The translations under genes and the position numbers were made by a program. The notes under the pieces are model-generated. The model ran no database searches and was not told the DNA's origin. It was given only the letters and a program-made list of their open reading frames with translations. A stretch of DNA of 63,169 bases, the filler included, from Diploschistes diacapsis (taxonomy: Eukaryota): NCBI GenBank assembly GCA_023645945.1. It is 16 parts of 16 records of this genome, joined end to end, with 100 filler letters (N's around TTAATTAATTAA, not from the genome) between each part and the next. Parts side by side here need not be neighbours in the genome. Positions count along the whole stretch, not along the records: positions 36,158 to 37,549 come from JALAIB010003177.1; positions 37,650 to 39,040 come from JALAIB010003178.1; positions 39,141 to 40,531 come from JALAIB010003179.1; positions 40,632 to 61,678 come from JALAIB010000318.1; 12 more parts are not named here. The stretch is one strand, 5' to 3'. Positions 36,288-48,700 of the stretch are shown one piece after another (position 1 is the first letter of the stretch; each line of letters starts with the position of its first letter).

Positions 36288-37081
36288 TAGGCTGGCCGTC
36301 ACTGACACTGACAGTGTCAGTGTCCGTGTTTTAGATTTTTTAGCTGCGGTGTCCGTGTCCGTGGATTCACGGAAATGCAGTGTCTGTATTAGTATTAATG
36401 TTTTACAATTTTTAATTATAATATTCGTGTCCGTGCTTTTATTATAATATAATATCCGTGTCAGTGTCCGTATCGAGAAAATTTTTAGTGCGGTGTCCGT
36501 GTTAGTGGATTCACGGAAATATAGTATCCGTATCCGTGCATTCATTAAAACACTTTTTTTTTTTAATAATTCTGGAATTATCACGCCTATTTCTTACGCT
36601 TTTGTTTTTAAAATTTTTTTTTATTACGGTATTCCGGTGAATTCACTGCAGTATCAGTGTTAATGTCAGTGGATTTACGGAAATGTAGTGTCAGTGTCAA
36701 TATTAATGTTTTAAATTTTTTAATTACGGTGTCCGTGTCCGTGCTTTTACTACAGTACAGTGTTAGTGTCAGTGTCAGTGTTTTAGATTTTTTAGCTGCA
36801 ATGTCCGTGTCCGTGCTTTCACTACAGTGCAGTATCAGTGTCAGTTTCAGTGTCGAGAAAGTTTTTGCTGCGGTGTCAGTGTCACTGTCAGTGGCACGGA
36901 ACGGCCAGCCTGTAAGGCCTGCGGGGTTACACATCTGCCACCTGCTGCCACAGCCACGCACCTACATATAGTGTAATAGGGAAACAGTGCTTCGGGGTTC
37001 TTGAAAGCATTGTGGTTAGTCTTTTGGCTCAGTGGGATAGCGCTACCTATTAGGCACTTCCCCCCGCTGTTACACAGCCTA
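36288..37081 (+). mobile_element. hAT-type MITE with a solo LTR inserted in its right TIR
   Basis: Left TIR at 36288. Right TIR split as CGGCCAGCC [LTR] CAGCCTA. Confidence 0.88.
36911..37074. mobile_element. Short solo LTR, family C (164 bp) with 5-bp TSD
   Basis: TGTAAGG...GTTACA flanked by CAGCC at 36906-36910 and 37075-37079. Confidence 0.9.
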
Positions 37082-37378
37082 TTCGATTTTTCTCAACAAT
37101 AACTACCTCGCATCGCAATAATTCGATTCTAATAAAATCTAATATCAACGACTATTTACAGGCCCTAAAATCACAACAATATACCAACATTCGAAAAACT
37201 GCCCGCGCATTTAAAATATCTCGATCGACCATTATAGATCGATTTAATAAAACTTAATCTTGCTTTAATAACCACGAAACGACTCAAATCCTCTCAAATT
37301 CAGAAGAAAAGATATTAGCACGATGAATTACACGTCTTACATAAATTAACTTTCTTACATCGCTTACGTTAATAATAA
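37082..37378 (+). mobile_element. RIP-mutated Fot1/pogo transposase N-terminus (HTH)
   Basis: Reads YLQALKSQQYTNIRKTARAFKISRSTIIDRF...QILSNSEEKILAR*ITRLT. Confidence 0.85.
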
Positions 37379-37549
37379 CATCACGAAAAGTTTTTGGCGG
37401 CGAAACATCGCGAAAATCCGCGAGGTTGGCGAAACTGGCGAAACCGGCGAGGTGGGCGACAGATAATGCGTTCAAGCGACTCGCCAACTTTCGCCAAAAG
37501 GTTTGGCGAAACACGGCGAAACTGGCGAAACCGGCGAAACCGGCGAAAC
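37378..37549 (+). repeat. Second terminus of the GGCGAAAC-array element
   Basis: Same 29-nt start as 32689. It interrupts the Fot1 ORF, and the array runs into the contig end. Confidence 0.75.
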
Positions 37550-37659
37550 NNNNNNNNNNNNNNNNNNNNNNNNNNNNNNNNNNNNNNNNNNNNTTAATTA
37601 ATTAANNNNNNNNNNNNNNNNNNNNNNNNNNNNNNNNNNNNNNNNNNNNAAACACGTTA

Positions 37660-37902
37660 GAATTAATAAAAGTTATAACGATGTTTTTATATAATTAATT
37701 ATTTTTTAATAAGATAAATTAATAGATAAATAGAATTACCGTTCTCCCGTTCTATTTATAGAAGGATAGAATAGCCTTTAAGGTTTTCTATTTATTACGT
37801 GATTAGTGTCATCATGATTAGACTATATATAAGGAATGGTTGGGAGTGCCCGACTAGCTGTGGAGTGCTAAGTGGCTACCACCTAGTACTTGGATCGTAA
37901 CA
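37660..37902 (-). mobile_element. Partial LTR family A, interrupted by a Fot1 end at 37650-37659
   Basis: Matches 27965-28210 and ends GATCGTAACA. Preceded by AAACACGT-TA. Confidence 0.75.
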
Positions 37903-38550
37903 TGGAGATCCGGTGGCATTCCTGATTTATAATAAAGAACCATCTTTAAAATTTAACTTGATATAGGCTAACGCTTTTCGGACCTTTTCCTTCCGCTCGG
38001 GTATGTTGACGAAATTAAAGAATGTAAGACTGTCGATCATTACGTTATAATAACCTTTTTCGATTAATACATCCTTCATCCGTATTGACTAGACATCCTA
38101 GTTATCGTTACCGCGTAATTTAGGGATCTTCATTACTGAATCGCCCATTGTGCAGAATAGGGCCTAGTGTCTTCATTTTTGGGTCTAGGGTCGTCCTATT
38201 CGGGCTAGTGATTTCCTATTTTGGTGTAATAGGTATCGTTGTTGCAAGAATAATTGGAATTAGTGTTGTTTAAAAAGTAATAATCGTTCCGGGCTTGTAA
38301 CCTGTTGAAAGCGGAAGTAGGGTGATTAAATAGGTAAGTAATGACTAGGGGAATAATTATTAAATATAATAATAATGCTTTATTATTGTAGGAAGTAATG
38401 AATAAAGATAAAGATAACTGGATGGAAATAGGAGATGAGAGGTCTTTTATAGACATATTTCACTAATTAACGCCTAGTGACTAACAATATAGGTAACCTC
38501 CGATATAATTTTGGATTTTTAATCCAACATTATTCGCCCTATAATCCAAC
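37903..38550 (-). mobile_element. Ty1/copia 5' LTR, PBS and gag start (RIP-mutated)
   Basis: LTR ~38550/38529-38303 ends TTTCAACA. PBS GGTTACAAGCCC at 38302-38291. ATG at 38148 gives MGDSVMKIPKLRGNDN*DV*SIRMKDVLIEKG, a copia gag N-terminal motif. Confidence 0.85.
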
Positions 38551-38578
38551 ATAATAAGAGATCTAATTTTCTCTTATA

Positions 38579-39040
38579 ACGTGTTTCACGGGGATTCCGG
38601 CCACCCCCAGATTCCGGTTACCTCAAATTACTACCGCCAACATTCTACGGTTTTTAAATATAATTTATTCGTCGCAATCAGAATCTCATCGATCTAGATC
38701 GAATCTATCTTCCTTCTCTTTATCTTTTTCGATTTTAAAAACGCGCTGACGTTTTTTACGCGTTATAAATCGTTTTAAAATTATTCGATTCGATTTAACC
38801 CGAATTTTTATTTTAAGAACTTCGTTTGTATTAAATATAAAACGATTTTTTAATTCGATTTATTTATTTAATTTACGTTTTTTACGATCATTAAGAAGCG
38901 TTTTTTGCTTTCGGTTTTTTTTACGAAACCTGATAAACTTAATATACGTCGATTTAAGTATACGAGTTATTCGAGTCGAATAATGTCGAATCGGGCTCAT
39001 TAATTTTAAAAATAACTCGTAACGCCTGATTAAATTCAAT
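38579..39040 (-). mobile_element. Fot1/pogo 3' end with transposase C-terminus
   Basis: TA followed by ACGTGTTTCACGGGGATTCCGGCCAC TIR. Minus frame RKKRKLNK*IELKNRFIFNTNEVLKI resembles the Fot1 C-terminal motif. Confidence 0.8.
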
Positions 39041-39140
39041 NNNNNNNNNNNNNNNNNNNNNNNNNNNNNNNNNNNNNNNNNNNNTTAATTAATTAANNNN
39101 NNNNNNNNNNNNNNNNNNNNNNNNNNNNNNNNNNNNNNNN

Positions 39141-40147
39141 AGAATTTATAGTTTTCGCCGTGTTATTAAATATTGTTCTTATTGATCCTTTAGAACGTTT
39201 ATAATTATTATGAATTTTTAAAAATCCGTTATTAGTAATCCGTCTTTATTAATTTTAAATAATCTTGCTTATCGTGATTCTTTATATATATAGTTTAGCC
39301 GCCTGTTAAGCGCGTTAGTTCGCACGTTTATTTTATTTGTGATTCGTTTAATCGTGAAACGATATCGTTCGAGAATTTTTGATTATTTGAATTGTTTTAA
39401 ACTCAGTTTCTTCGTTATCGTGAACCTTAATAAGTTTTGATGGTCCGTGTAGATTTCGGTTTTTTTTATTTTATATACGTAGATATATTATTCGTCCAAC
39501 GCTGCGACGATAACGAGTAGTTTTTAATCGTTTATATCGTAATTTTATTTAATTAATAATATCTTTCTCGAATAATAGGTTATCAGCCGTTACTTATCGT
39601 TCTTATCTAGTTATAATAAATATACTATTATAACTAGTTTTAAAACATCTGTTTCGATTCGTATAGGTTTCTTTAGATCGTAGAACCGTAAAACGGGTAT
39701 ATTAACTATTAAGTTTTTGAACTGTTTGAAAGCCCGTTCCTGTTCTTTCGTCTAATTAAAAGGTAAGTTCTTTCGAATAAGTCTTATTAATGGTTCTATT
39801 ACTTTTGAATAGTTTTTAATGAATTGTTTATTGTAGTTGGTGAATCCTAGAAAGGATTGGATGTCTTTTACATTTGTAAGAATCGGTTATTCACGGATCG
39901 AATCTATCTTCTTCGGGTCGATCCTGACGCCGTCTCGTCCTACGATATGTTCTAGAAAGTTAACTTCCGTTTTGTGGAACAAGCATTTTTCTGGTTTTAA
40001 GCGAAGGCCGCGTTTATCGAAACGTCGAAGTATTTTTATTACCTTTTTTTTATGATTTTCTAGGGTTCCGCTAAAGTAGATCAAAGTGTCGTCTAGGTAA
40101 GAAATAACGTAATCGTTTAGAATATCGCGAAGTATGTCGTTTATAAG
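39141..40147 (-). mobile_element. RIP-mutated Ty3/gypsy RT-RNase H
   Basis: YLDD at ~40089-40100, then GLRLKPEKCLFHKTEVNFL, DIQSFLGFTNY and YTDHQNL. Confidence 0.92.
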
Positions 40148-40531
40148 TGTTATGATCTCTATCTATACAAGGTATATACAAGTAGAGTCAAGGTGGGTTT
40201 GGTCTCTGTTAGAAAAGGAATACAAATAAGAGAAGAAAGTAGAATAATTATAGATCTTAGATTATCTTTAGAAAAAAAGCTTTCTAAAAATAGAAATAAC
40301 GAATATAAATTAATCCCGAGTAATAATTAAGGATATCTATAAAAATAAACACGCCTCGAATTTATAAAGGCCGCAGCGACGTTTTTATATAATTTAGAGC
40401 GATAATCAGTTATCGATAATAAAATTATCGGGATAGAATTATTATTAATAAATATCTATTTCGGTAGATTTATCCCTGACAGACGTCTGCTTAACGGAAG
40501 TTTGTCAGTTACGTGACCCCAGGTCCGTGGT
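40148..40531 (-). mobile_element. LTR family A inserted in the gypsy RT
   Basis: TGTTATGATCTCTATC terminus, homologous to 26083-26460. Confidence 0.8.
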
Positions 40532-40631
40532 NNNNNNNNNNNNNNNNNNNNNNNNNNNNNNNNNNNNNNNNNNNNTTAATTAATTAANNNNNNNNNNNNN
40601 NNNNNNNNNNNNNNNNNNNNNNNNNNNNNNN

Positions 40632-40815
40632 CCCCACGAAGCGGGTCACAATCCCTGCACCTTCGTATAATGTAGTTGAAAACAGATTTAGTTTCGTACA
40701 AATAATTTTATGTGTGCTTGTGGGGCTCAAAAGCTCGCTTAAAACTATCTAGCGCAATTACATTATAATGTAGTAACCCGCTTCGTGGGGTGACCCGTTT
40801 CCTGGTGAAACACGT
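40632..40815. mobile_element. ~210-bp Fot1/pogo-derived MITE, left end cut by contig start
   Basis: CCCCACGAAGCGGGTCAC (40632-40649) is inverted to 40773-40790 with one mismatch. Right end GTGAAACACGT followed by TA. Confidence 0.8.
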
Positions 40816-41285
40816 TACCCACGAAACAAAAACATCACCATCCGGGATCAGAACCATTAATTTAAACCCAACCATCACCATCCTCCATGTTCTTTGCTTC
40901 AGATAAAAACGACGATGCATTCACATATATTAAAGATATGATAAAAGAAAACACAGATATATATTTCAGATAGGCCGGAGGTGTCAAACTCCGGTAATAA
41001 TATACCCACGTAACAATAAACAGCCTTTATTGCAATTAGAACAGCGGGGGGCAAAGCCCGGTCAAATGACGTTGCGAGTTCTATTTTATTCTATTTCCAT
41101 TTTCTTTCCACAGCTCCAGAACCCCTTCAAAGGGTAATCAATCCCCTATCTCCATCTCTATCTCTACTTCCCCCCCCGGAAATTCCCACAAAAAGCCAGC
41201 AGCCAGACGACAACACCCCCCCACACGCAAACACACACACACACACACACACGCGCGCGCGCCCCTCTCGCACCACGGGACCCCC

Positions 41286-42203
41286 ATGGCGGCCCTCTTC
41301 GGCGCGCGTCCGCGGCCGCTGCCGCTGGTGCTGGGCCTCTCGTGCGCGCTGGCGCTGACGCACACGCAGGGCGGCGCGCTCTTGGGCACGGCGCGGCGGC
41401 CGCTGCTCTGCGACGACGGCGGGCGCAAAGTCTCCGGCGGGTTCGGGACCCACGGCGCTTCCGCGCCGACGCCGGCCGCCGGCAAGCAGCATGGACCGAG
41501 GGTCGTCGTCGGTGGGGGCGCGTTTCGGCTGGTTAGCTTGGGGTGCGTGCTCGGTGCGTCGGGGGTTTTTTTTTTTTTTTTTTTTCCTCCCCTTTTCTTT
41601 TTACCAGGTTTCGAAAGAGGCTGGCTGCTAGGATGCGGGCGGGGGGAGGCCGCGGGATTGCCGTTGGAGATGCAACGTGTGAAGGAGTTTTGTGTGTTTT
41701 ACGATCGATGAACTGGGGAGTGGAAGAGCTGGAGAAGTATAGGGATGGAAGAGGGATAAGATGGGAGCGCGGGCGGAATATAGCCCAGGGCTCGATAACT
41801 CATGTGATGGTTACAAAGATTTGAAGCTTTCTGAGCTATGTGTGTGTGGAAAGAAACAACGGCTGATACTGGATCTTTTTCCAGGTCTCGTGGGCGGACT
41901 TGCTGTCGGCACGTTCTCAAAAAGCCTAGCATTTTTAATGGGGGCTGCGATATTTGGAATACACGTGAGCTTGTTCCTTCTTGCCCTCCTTTTCTTCATT
42001 GTCCCCTTTGTGTGCTGCATTCTTGTTGCCGGTTGCTGATCATCCCGCAGTGGCTTGAGTCTAGAGGGATACATGTCGTACCACGGGCGAAGCTGCAGCG
42101 CTATTTCTCCAATATAAATCTGCGTTCGGCGATGGAGGATGATGTTGCCTTTAAGCTGAGCTTTGGCATGACTTTCATGCTTGCTGCATTTGGCCAGTTT
42201 TGA
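41286..42203 (+). CDS. FUN14-family mitochondrial membrane protein
   Basis: Exons 41286-41553, 41885-41964 and ~42051-42203. Motifs RLVSLGCVLGLVGGLAVGTFSKSL...WLESRGI...AFKLSFGMTFMLAAF. Confidence 0.82.
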
Positions 42204-42364
42204 GGCATACCGACTGTGGTTGCGGGCCTGATAGAATCCTTTCTCCCTCTCCCTCTCCCTCTCCCTCTTTCTCTTAATCTCTTATGGAACTCGTGATACG
42301 CTATGGCGCGCGTCAATTCAACATAGAATACCGCAATCCCTTGGTGGGCGGGCTTGAATCTCAC

Positions 42365-45300
42365 TTAGTGTGCCAACCGTGATGTCGTAAAGGTGCCACG
42401 GCATTGCACCCAGAACTCCTTGACCGCAGAATTCGTTTTAGCGTTGCCACGAAGGCTGCAATACTGCATTAGCCCTCATCCCAGTCCAACCCTCCCAACA
42501 ACTCACATAAAAAGTGTATTTAAGAAGACCCTCTTATCCTGAGCCGAGACTCGGCTGCTGGGAAAATCCTCGCTCAAAAGTGCACCCTCGAGCCAGATCC
42601 TGGCGTTCCCACCCCTAAAGACAAGCCTCTTTAAAGGCTGCGCCAAGATATCGAGTTCGCTTCGAGCAGCTTGGCCTCCAATGCCGAGTATCAGCCCCAG
42701 CGCCAGCTGCCGACCATGTGCCTGGATCGCCGCGTTCGTTTGGAGCGTTTCTACGGCGTCCGTACCGCGGTAGTCGAGGAGTCTTGCCTGTGAATCCTTA
42801 TCAGCAAAGACTGGCCAGAACGCTTACACGCTTACCCAAAAGCTTGCCGCCGATTGCTTGAGAAGAGGCTCCGGCAATCTTAGGCAAATCAATGTCGTTT
42901 CGAAAAGAGACCAAAGGTTTGGGAGCACAAGGGGATCGAACAGAACGCGGACAGAAATTTGGATATAGTTGCTGACGAAATCAATTATACTAGATGCAAT
43001 CTCTGGATCATCCCTTGGGTTTTCTGTTTCCTTGTCAGTTGTTGGACACGCAGGTCGATGCCCGAACACACACCCTTAACATTATTCAAGGCTTGTAGCG
43101 ATGTTTGTAGACAATGCATTGCTAAGGCTCGTGTGTCCTCCGACGAAGCTGTGTGCTTCCTTAAGAACCTCGTGACCGTTTCAAGCAAGTATCCGACACG
43201 GTGGGTCCTCGAGATATAACTAACCAAGAGGCCTGCGACAAAGTCTGGAGAGACTGTAAAGGGATTGTCGATGTCTTCGGTGAGTCCGGCGCGGATGATG
43301 TCGCAAACCCCTTTCATTATCTCTCCATCCTCGGGGTATGCTCCCAGAACCCGAATAATTATGCCTATGATGCTTCTCCGAGCACCATCGATCGACATGG
43401 CCGCTTGATGAACAGGGTTGTGACTCAAACGCGATTCAGAGTCGTCCTCCAGATCGATGATATTCGAATCAGGCCTGCGGAAAGCTATCCCAATACTAGC
43501 AAGGCAAGCGATGGCTGCGAGTGCTCGTCCGTGCGTATCGGGAGAAGAAGGGCCGAGGAGAGATTTCTGAACATCGACTTCAACCGTCTGAAGCAGCATG
43601 CTCAAGGCCTCGTTCGCTTGCGTCGGCGCTCCGCTTCGTTCTCCGGAAGCTGCCGATGCAGCTTGGACCACGGAGGCAACGCCACCGATTAATTTTTCCT
43701 TCACTTCCGCCGGTCGTTCCATACTTGCCACGAAAGAGCAGTAGTGGTCGGTCAAGATATCAGCGTGATTCGATAACTCGCCACGGCAGTGGTCACATAA
43801 TCCGGCGATGGACTTGGCGGACGTGAGCATCAAGGAGGCTTCTTCTAAGCACCTGAACAAGAAATCTAGGATGGAGAGAAGCGACGACACATTGCGTTTA
43901 AAAAAGCTTGCGCAGTCGGTTACTATATGCATGGTAGTTTGCCGAACGCTGGTGGGTATGTTTTGACCGAGATCACCAAGGACACCGATGATGGGTGAAT
44001 CGAAGAGCATTGCTAACGCATTGTAGCCTTCTTCGGAATCCTCGGCTACCTCCATGCTGCCCCTGACGCACTGCAGAGTGACCTCTACCCCATACCAGTT
44101 GCTCTCTTGTCCAAGCCGGATAGCGTACGCGACAAGGCCGTCCAGCATATTAGAGCCAAGTAGGCAATAAGCACTTGCACTCAGGTCACGGAAGTCAGCG
44201 CGCAGTGCTTGAAACTCGCCTTGATTTTGACGGTCCCATTTCTGGAAAATATGCGCGGGAGGCAGCTGAATCTTCGCGAGGAAAGCCTCTAATGCCAGCC
44301 GGATGTTGTTTTCAGCCGTTGCGAGCCATGGGGGCTTAGCAGCATTGGTGTTCTGAGATTTGAGCGTCAGTGCTGTCTCGGCATACTTTGACCAAAACTC
44401 AAGTACGTGCGAGATGAGCACATCGTCTTGGATCGCATACCCTTTGCACCCGATCAGACCTCGGAGCGTGTTCGTCACACGGGCAGTTAGCGCATCTTCA
44501 CAGCGCAAAAGGAGATGCTCGGCTTCGGCATAGCCATAAGTGATAAGGAGTCTTCCGTAGCCGACAAGATCCTCTCCAAAGTCCCCAGCGATCAGGCTTT
44601 GCACACGATCTTGATACGAAGGACTGCTGAGCTTTTCCGCCAGGAGCATAATCATACGCTGTGAGAAAAACGATTCATAGTCCTCTAATATTTCGCCAAG
44701 AAACTCCGCAATCGCAGGAAAGAGGTCCTCATGGTCGAGGTCGGAGATGACCGATGTTGTGAGACTCCGCAGTGGCTCAAGGTAATCAGAGCACTCGGGA
44801 CGAGACCTCTGCTGCGTATACAGGACCAAAGTATGTAGAACTCCGATAGCTTCCTTTGCCGATGGATACTCTGTTGCCTGCGTGGTTCGATCGTCATTGA
44901 TGGTTTGGTCGAGAAGTGTGAGTAGAACAGGTAAGTTTGCGTAGGTCGCTTTGTGAATCTCATCACTGGTTGGAGTAAGTTGAGGCTCCCTCCCATATAC
45001 TCTGCCGTCTCACCTCGCTTTGGAACCAGAATCGACGTTTATCGTCTCCTCGATCAAAGCTCTGGCGAACCACAAGGAAGCCACGGCCTCTTGATTGTTC
45101 AAACACATATTCCGGATGTCAGTCACTTCCTCGGCCGAGGGATACGGGACTCTGACACCATGGACAAGCGACTTGAGGACATGTAAAACGCAGAGCGTCC
45201 ACTCGCCATGCATTTGCTTGAAGATGGAAACCAAAGCAGAGCATAGTTTGTTGATGGTCACGGTGGCTTCGAACTTGGTGACTGCTGATACCAGGCGGTC

Positions 45301-45701
45301 CATAACACGATCCAGCACTGCGCCAGCGTCTGTTGGATCCAAAGAGCTCCTAATGTAATGAGAAGACGGATCTTGAAAGGCCATGGCAGGGAGCAAACCA
45401 GTCTCGATTGATTTTTACGAGGAATGTGAGAGCGCCAAAGAACCGCACAAGGGTATCATCGCTGCTCAGAAGAGTATCTGCGAGCGAGAAGCCGTTGGAG
45501 CCCTTTTGGACAGCTTTCAGGGTGCGCTCGATTCTTATGACCTCGCTTGGCGACTCCGCACCGCTGTAGAATCTTTTGATCAGCTTGCACAGAGATGAGC
45601 TGTTTTTCTGAATAGCTGGGACGAGCACTTACTATCTCGACTTGTTCGAACGACTCTGGGACCGGTATAGCGGACGCGTCAAGTAGTTCTATGTTCTCCA
45701 T
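42365..45701 (-). CDS. Importin-13-like karyopherin beta
   Basis: ATG at 45701. N-terminal VRFFGALTFLVKINRDW motif, HEAT-like body, C-terminal ARSELD.LA.PLKRLV and LRG..KT...VKEFW..CRG. Six GT-AG introns traced in frame. Stop at 42365-42367. Confidence 0.85.
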
Positions 45702-48700
45702 ACCGACTCAATCTTCGTATTTGCAAGAATATATGCAAGTCGCAATGGCTCACAGTCTGGCTGGTCCTGAGCATATGGAGGCTGCTGCAAACGTGTGAGA
45801 GTAATACGCTGCCTCCGACTATGATACTAGATCAGCAGAAAAGAATATTGTGCAAGTGGCCGGGTAAAATGGATTGTGATGGAGGCCGATCCTGGGAGCT
45901 AGCTGCCTTCCATAATTGTGTTATAGTCCCCAAGGAATGGACATCGCTTTTAACAACATAAATCATCTGGTTTGCCAAATGAACTTTCCCTCGAGTCCAG
46001 AGTGTAGTGGAACGTTCACAGAGTTTCGTATAGGTTATACAACGTGAAGCTTCGACAAAAACGCTTTCGAGTATCGTATCACTGGCTATTGTTCACTTTG
46101 AGGTTTTCATTCTCTCTATACAGAGTAACAGAGTGCGGCGGCATAAACGGTCCATTGTTCTGCCGAGCCAGTGACTTGCCGAAAACGTACTTGCCCCTGA
46201 CCCCTGGAATTTAACTATTGTAGCTTCTCCCAAGCTACTCGATTCATCTCTAGACACTAGCAAGCATAGCACTTTACTTCAGATAGCATAAGGCTGGAGG
46301 TCGAGCTGCCTATAAGCCGAGAGGAAGAAGTGCCACGCGGCGCTGAACCATTATCCGATGTAGTCGGAGTACTTTCTATCAGACATAGTACCCAGAAAAG
46401 CTTTTGATTGAATTGCATAGCTTAGTTAAGTCTTCAAAGACTGAGAACTACTATTCAGTCTGGCTTAACCCACTCCTAACATCCACGGCTTCCTTGCCCA
46501 GGGACAGCATATGCATCATAGTTATACACAAGAAATAGAGAGAGCTTTCCTCTACCTAGTATCCTTCTTTGATAGACAATTTCAAGCAGTTTATGCCCCT
46601 CTAGATCCCACAGCTTATCCCTAATAGATAGTGTTTCCCCATTTAAATCTAATAAACTGCTTCGTCAGGCGTGGTCCCCTATGTGGGGACGGCCCTCTTA
46701 TATCTATATCCAGAAGAGAGCTTAGGAAAAGGGGAAGAATCGTCGATAGCAGTCCGAAGCACATCCGCTAGTCTTAATCTTAGTTGTGCTGTAATAGTTG
46801 GACTAGCTCCTTCATCCATTTTGTTATATCGAGACGTCCGTATGCATTCTTAACATAATCACCAGTCGATCAGGAGCAGTTCAGGCTGTGATTCCAGGAG
46901 CAGTGATGGGCCGTTACAGCGATTGCACCTTCAGACTGAGCTGAAAGATTGTGATTGTTAAGGTGCAGCGGGGCGAGATTGGTTCAATGGAGTGCGCATT
47001 GAAGACATCGAGGCCGGCCACGAGACGTCCAACAGCAGCAATTCCTAATGTGAGTAGATTCAACATGACCTGGCACTCGATGGAAGAGGGGTTAAGCGAG
47101 TGGCTGGTGATATGCAGAGCGACTGCTCTCCCTTTGGCTGGTGGAGCAGTTGATCAGGGCTCGACACAGAGTTCAAGTTGACTTGTTTATAGTTCCAGTG
47201 GCTAATGTTGGAGGTGAAGTCGCCGAGGGTCCAAGGATTGAGAGGCACTCAACGAATATGCTGCTGCAGGCCAGGAAGTAGCCAGTATCTCACCGCGCTG
47301 GTGAGCCGTGTATTTTGGAAGTTCCGCAACAAATACGAGAGCTTCATGGCCATATTTAGCGTACATCATCTGCAACATGGAGGAAAAGGAGGAATGCCCT
47401 GCCCTCGGCCACCAATGCCATAGTATTAAGCCAGCAGCCCCCCGATGTCACTTCTCTCCAAAATCGCCTTTCATATCAGCGGCCCAGGGCGTGGCAGTCC
47501 CGTTGTAAAGTCAAGCATCTGTGCGCAATACAATTCGTACGCCAAAGGAGGAACGCTATTCTTCTTCTCCTTCTTTCTTGTCCAGCGTCCGCTCTCCGAG
47601 CCACTCCCCCAAACGGCGGAGAACTCGGGCCCATGACGCAGGATTGCGCGGGGAAAGCAGCCATAATCCATAAAATCATGCAGTTGAAAGTCAAAAGAAC
47701 TGCGTCTTCAAAGCCTCATGCACGCGGGTGCTGTATGTAGTCGACCAACCAATCAATCAAGCCTATGGACTGAAAAGGTTTTGGCCCACCAGGGCCCAAA
47801 GCCAACTCCCCAGCCAGATAGACACGGAAGACTAGGACGGGGGGATTTTTAATGAATCAAAGTTTTCTTTCCCGTAGAGGGGGGCAGAAACGGCCCGCAT
47901 GTAACCGTGGGAATTGGCGGTGTCCGAGTTCGTATGCCAGTGCGGATACCCGAATCAACATCAACACTTGGTTCGACGGGGACAAAAAAAATTTCTTGCT
48001 ACGGCTCGGCAAGGCTCTGCTAGCTAGCTTGGAAGGAACTCGCATTCGAAAGGAAGAAGGTAGTAGTAGATACACCTCCCAAGACAGCAGGGATGGATTC
48101 CCGCATTCCTGGTATCAGGGGCGTTAATCATAAAAAGAATGCATGCATGGGCGACGATCGTCCAGCCACCGCGATTTGTCCCGCATAACCCCAATTGATT
48201 TTCAGTGGATGAAGCACGGTGAGACTACTCTTAAAACGTAGTTTGTGATATACATAACCACGAACGGAGGAGCAGATAAATGTTTCGGGGAGAGCTTCAA
48301 CAAACTCACAGTAACGAGTAACGCTGAAGAAGCCGTGTCGCTTCCAAAGGAGGTATTTACTACTGTGGATAGTATATTTGGTGAATGTCTGATTGTTAGC
48401 ATTTCCCGCTTTTGTTTCATTGCCAAACTACTAGTATGTAGCGAGTAATTAGTGAACAACGGATTCACAGAATCAACTTGACCTGAGCGGACCCCTTGGC
48501 CCCGTCTCTGTTTGAGCGATAGACATTGGGCCTCCCGCTTTATACCGTCAGAGCGGGCCCGCGTCAAGAACTCCCCGTCCCGTCGAGCCGTCAGGGCCCA
48601 ATGGGCAGCTTCAAGATTGACAAGCAGTTCGTTTTCGGGGCCCCAGCCTTATACTACCTTCCGACGGCCTGGCCCTAGGTAGTGATACTAGTATGATTAG

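Noticed and set aside
36300..36900. CRISPR-like repeat-spacer pattern
   Set aside because: Spacers are themselves repeated, the repeats are short hexamers, the array sits inside TIRs (one family copy has an 8-bp TSD), there are no cas genes and the host is eukaryotic.
36270..36971. ORFs with STDTDT/SVSVS repeats
   Set aside because: Translations of the MITE hexamer array.
25704..40531. A single 15-kb TE island, Starship or centromere between gene blocks
   Set aside because: Ten separate unlinked contigs, and no tyrosine-recombinase captain gene recognised.
25704..40531. Alternative genetic code, organelle or AT-rich endosymbiont origin of the short contigs
   Set aside because: Stops fall at Q/W positions of recognisable fungal TE proteins, and copies differ mainly by transitions, as expected from RIP.
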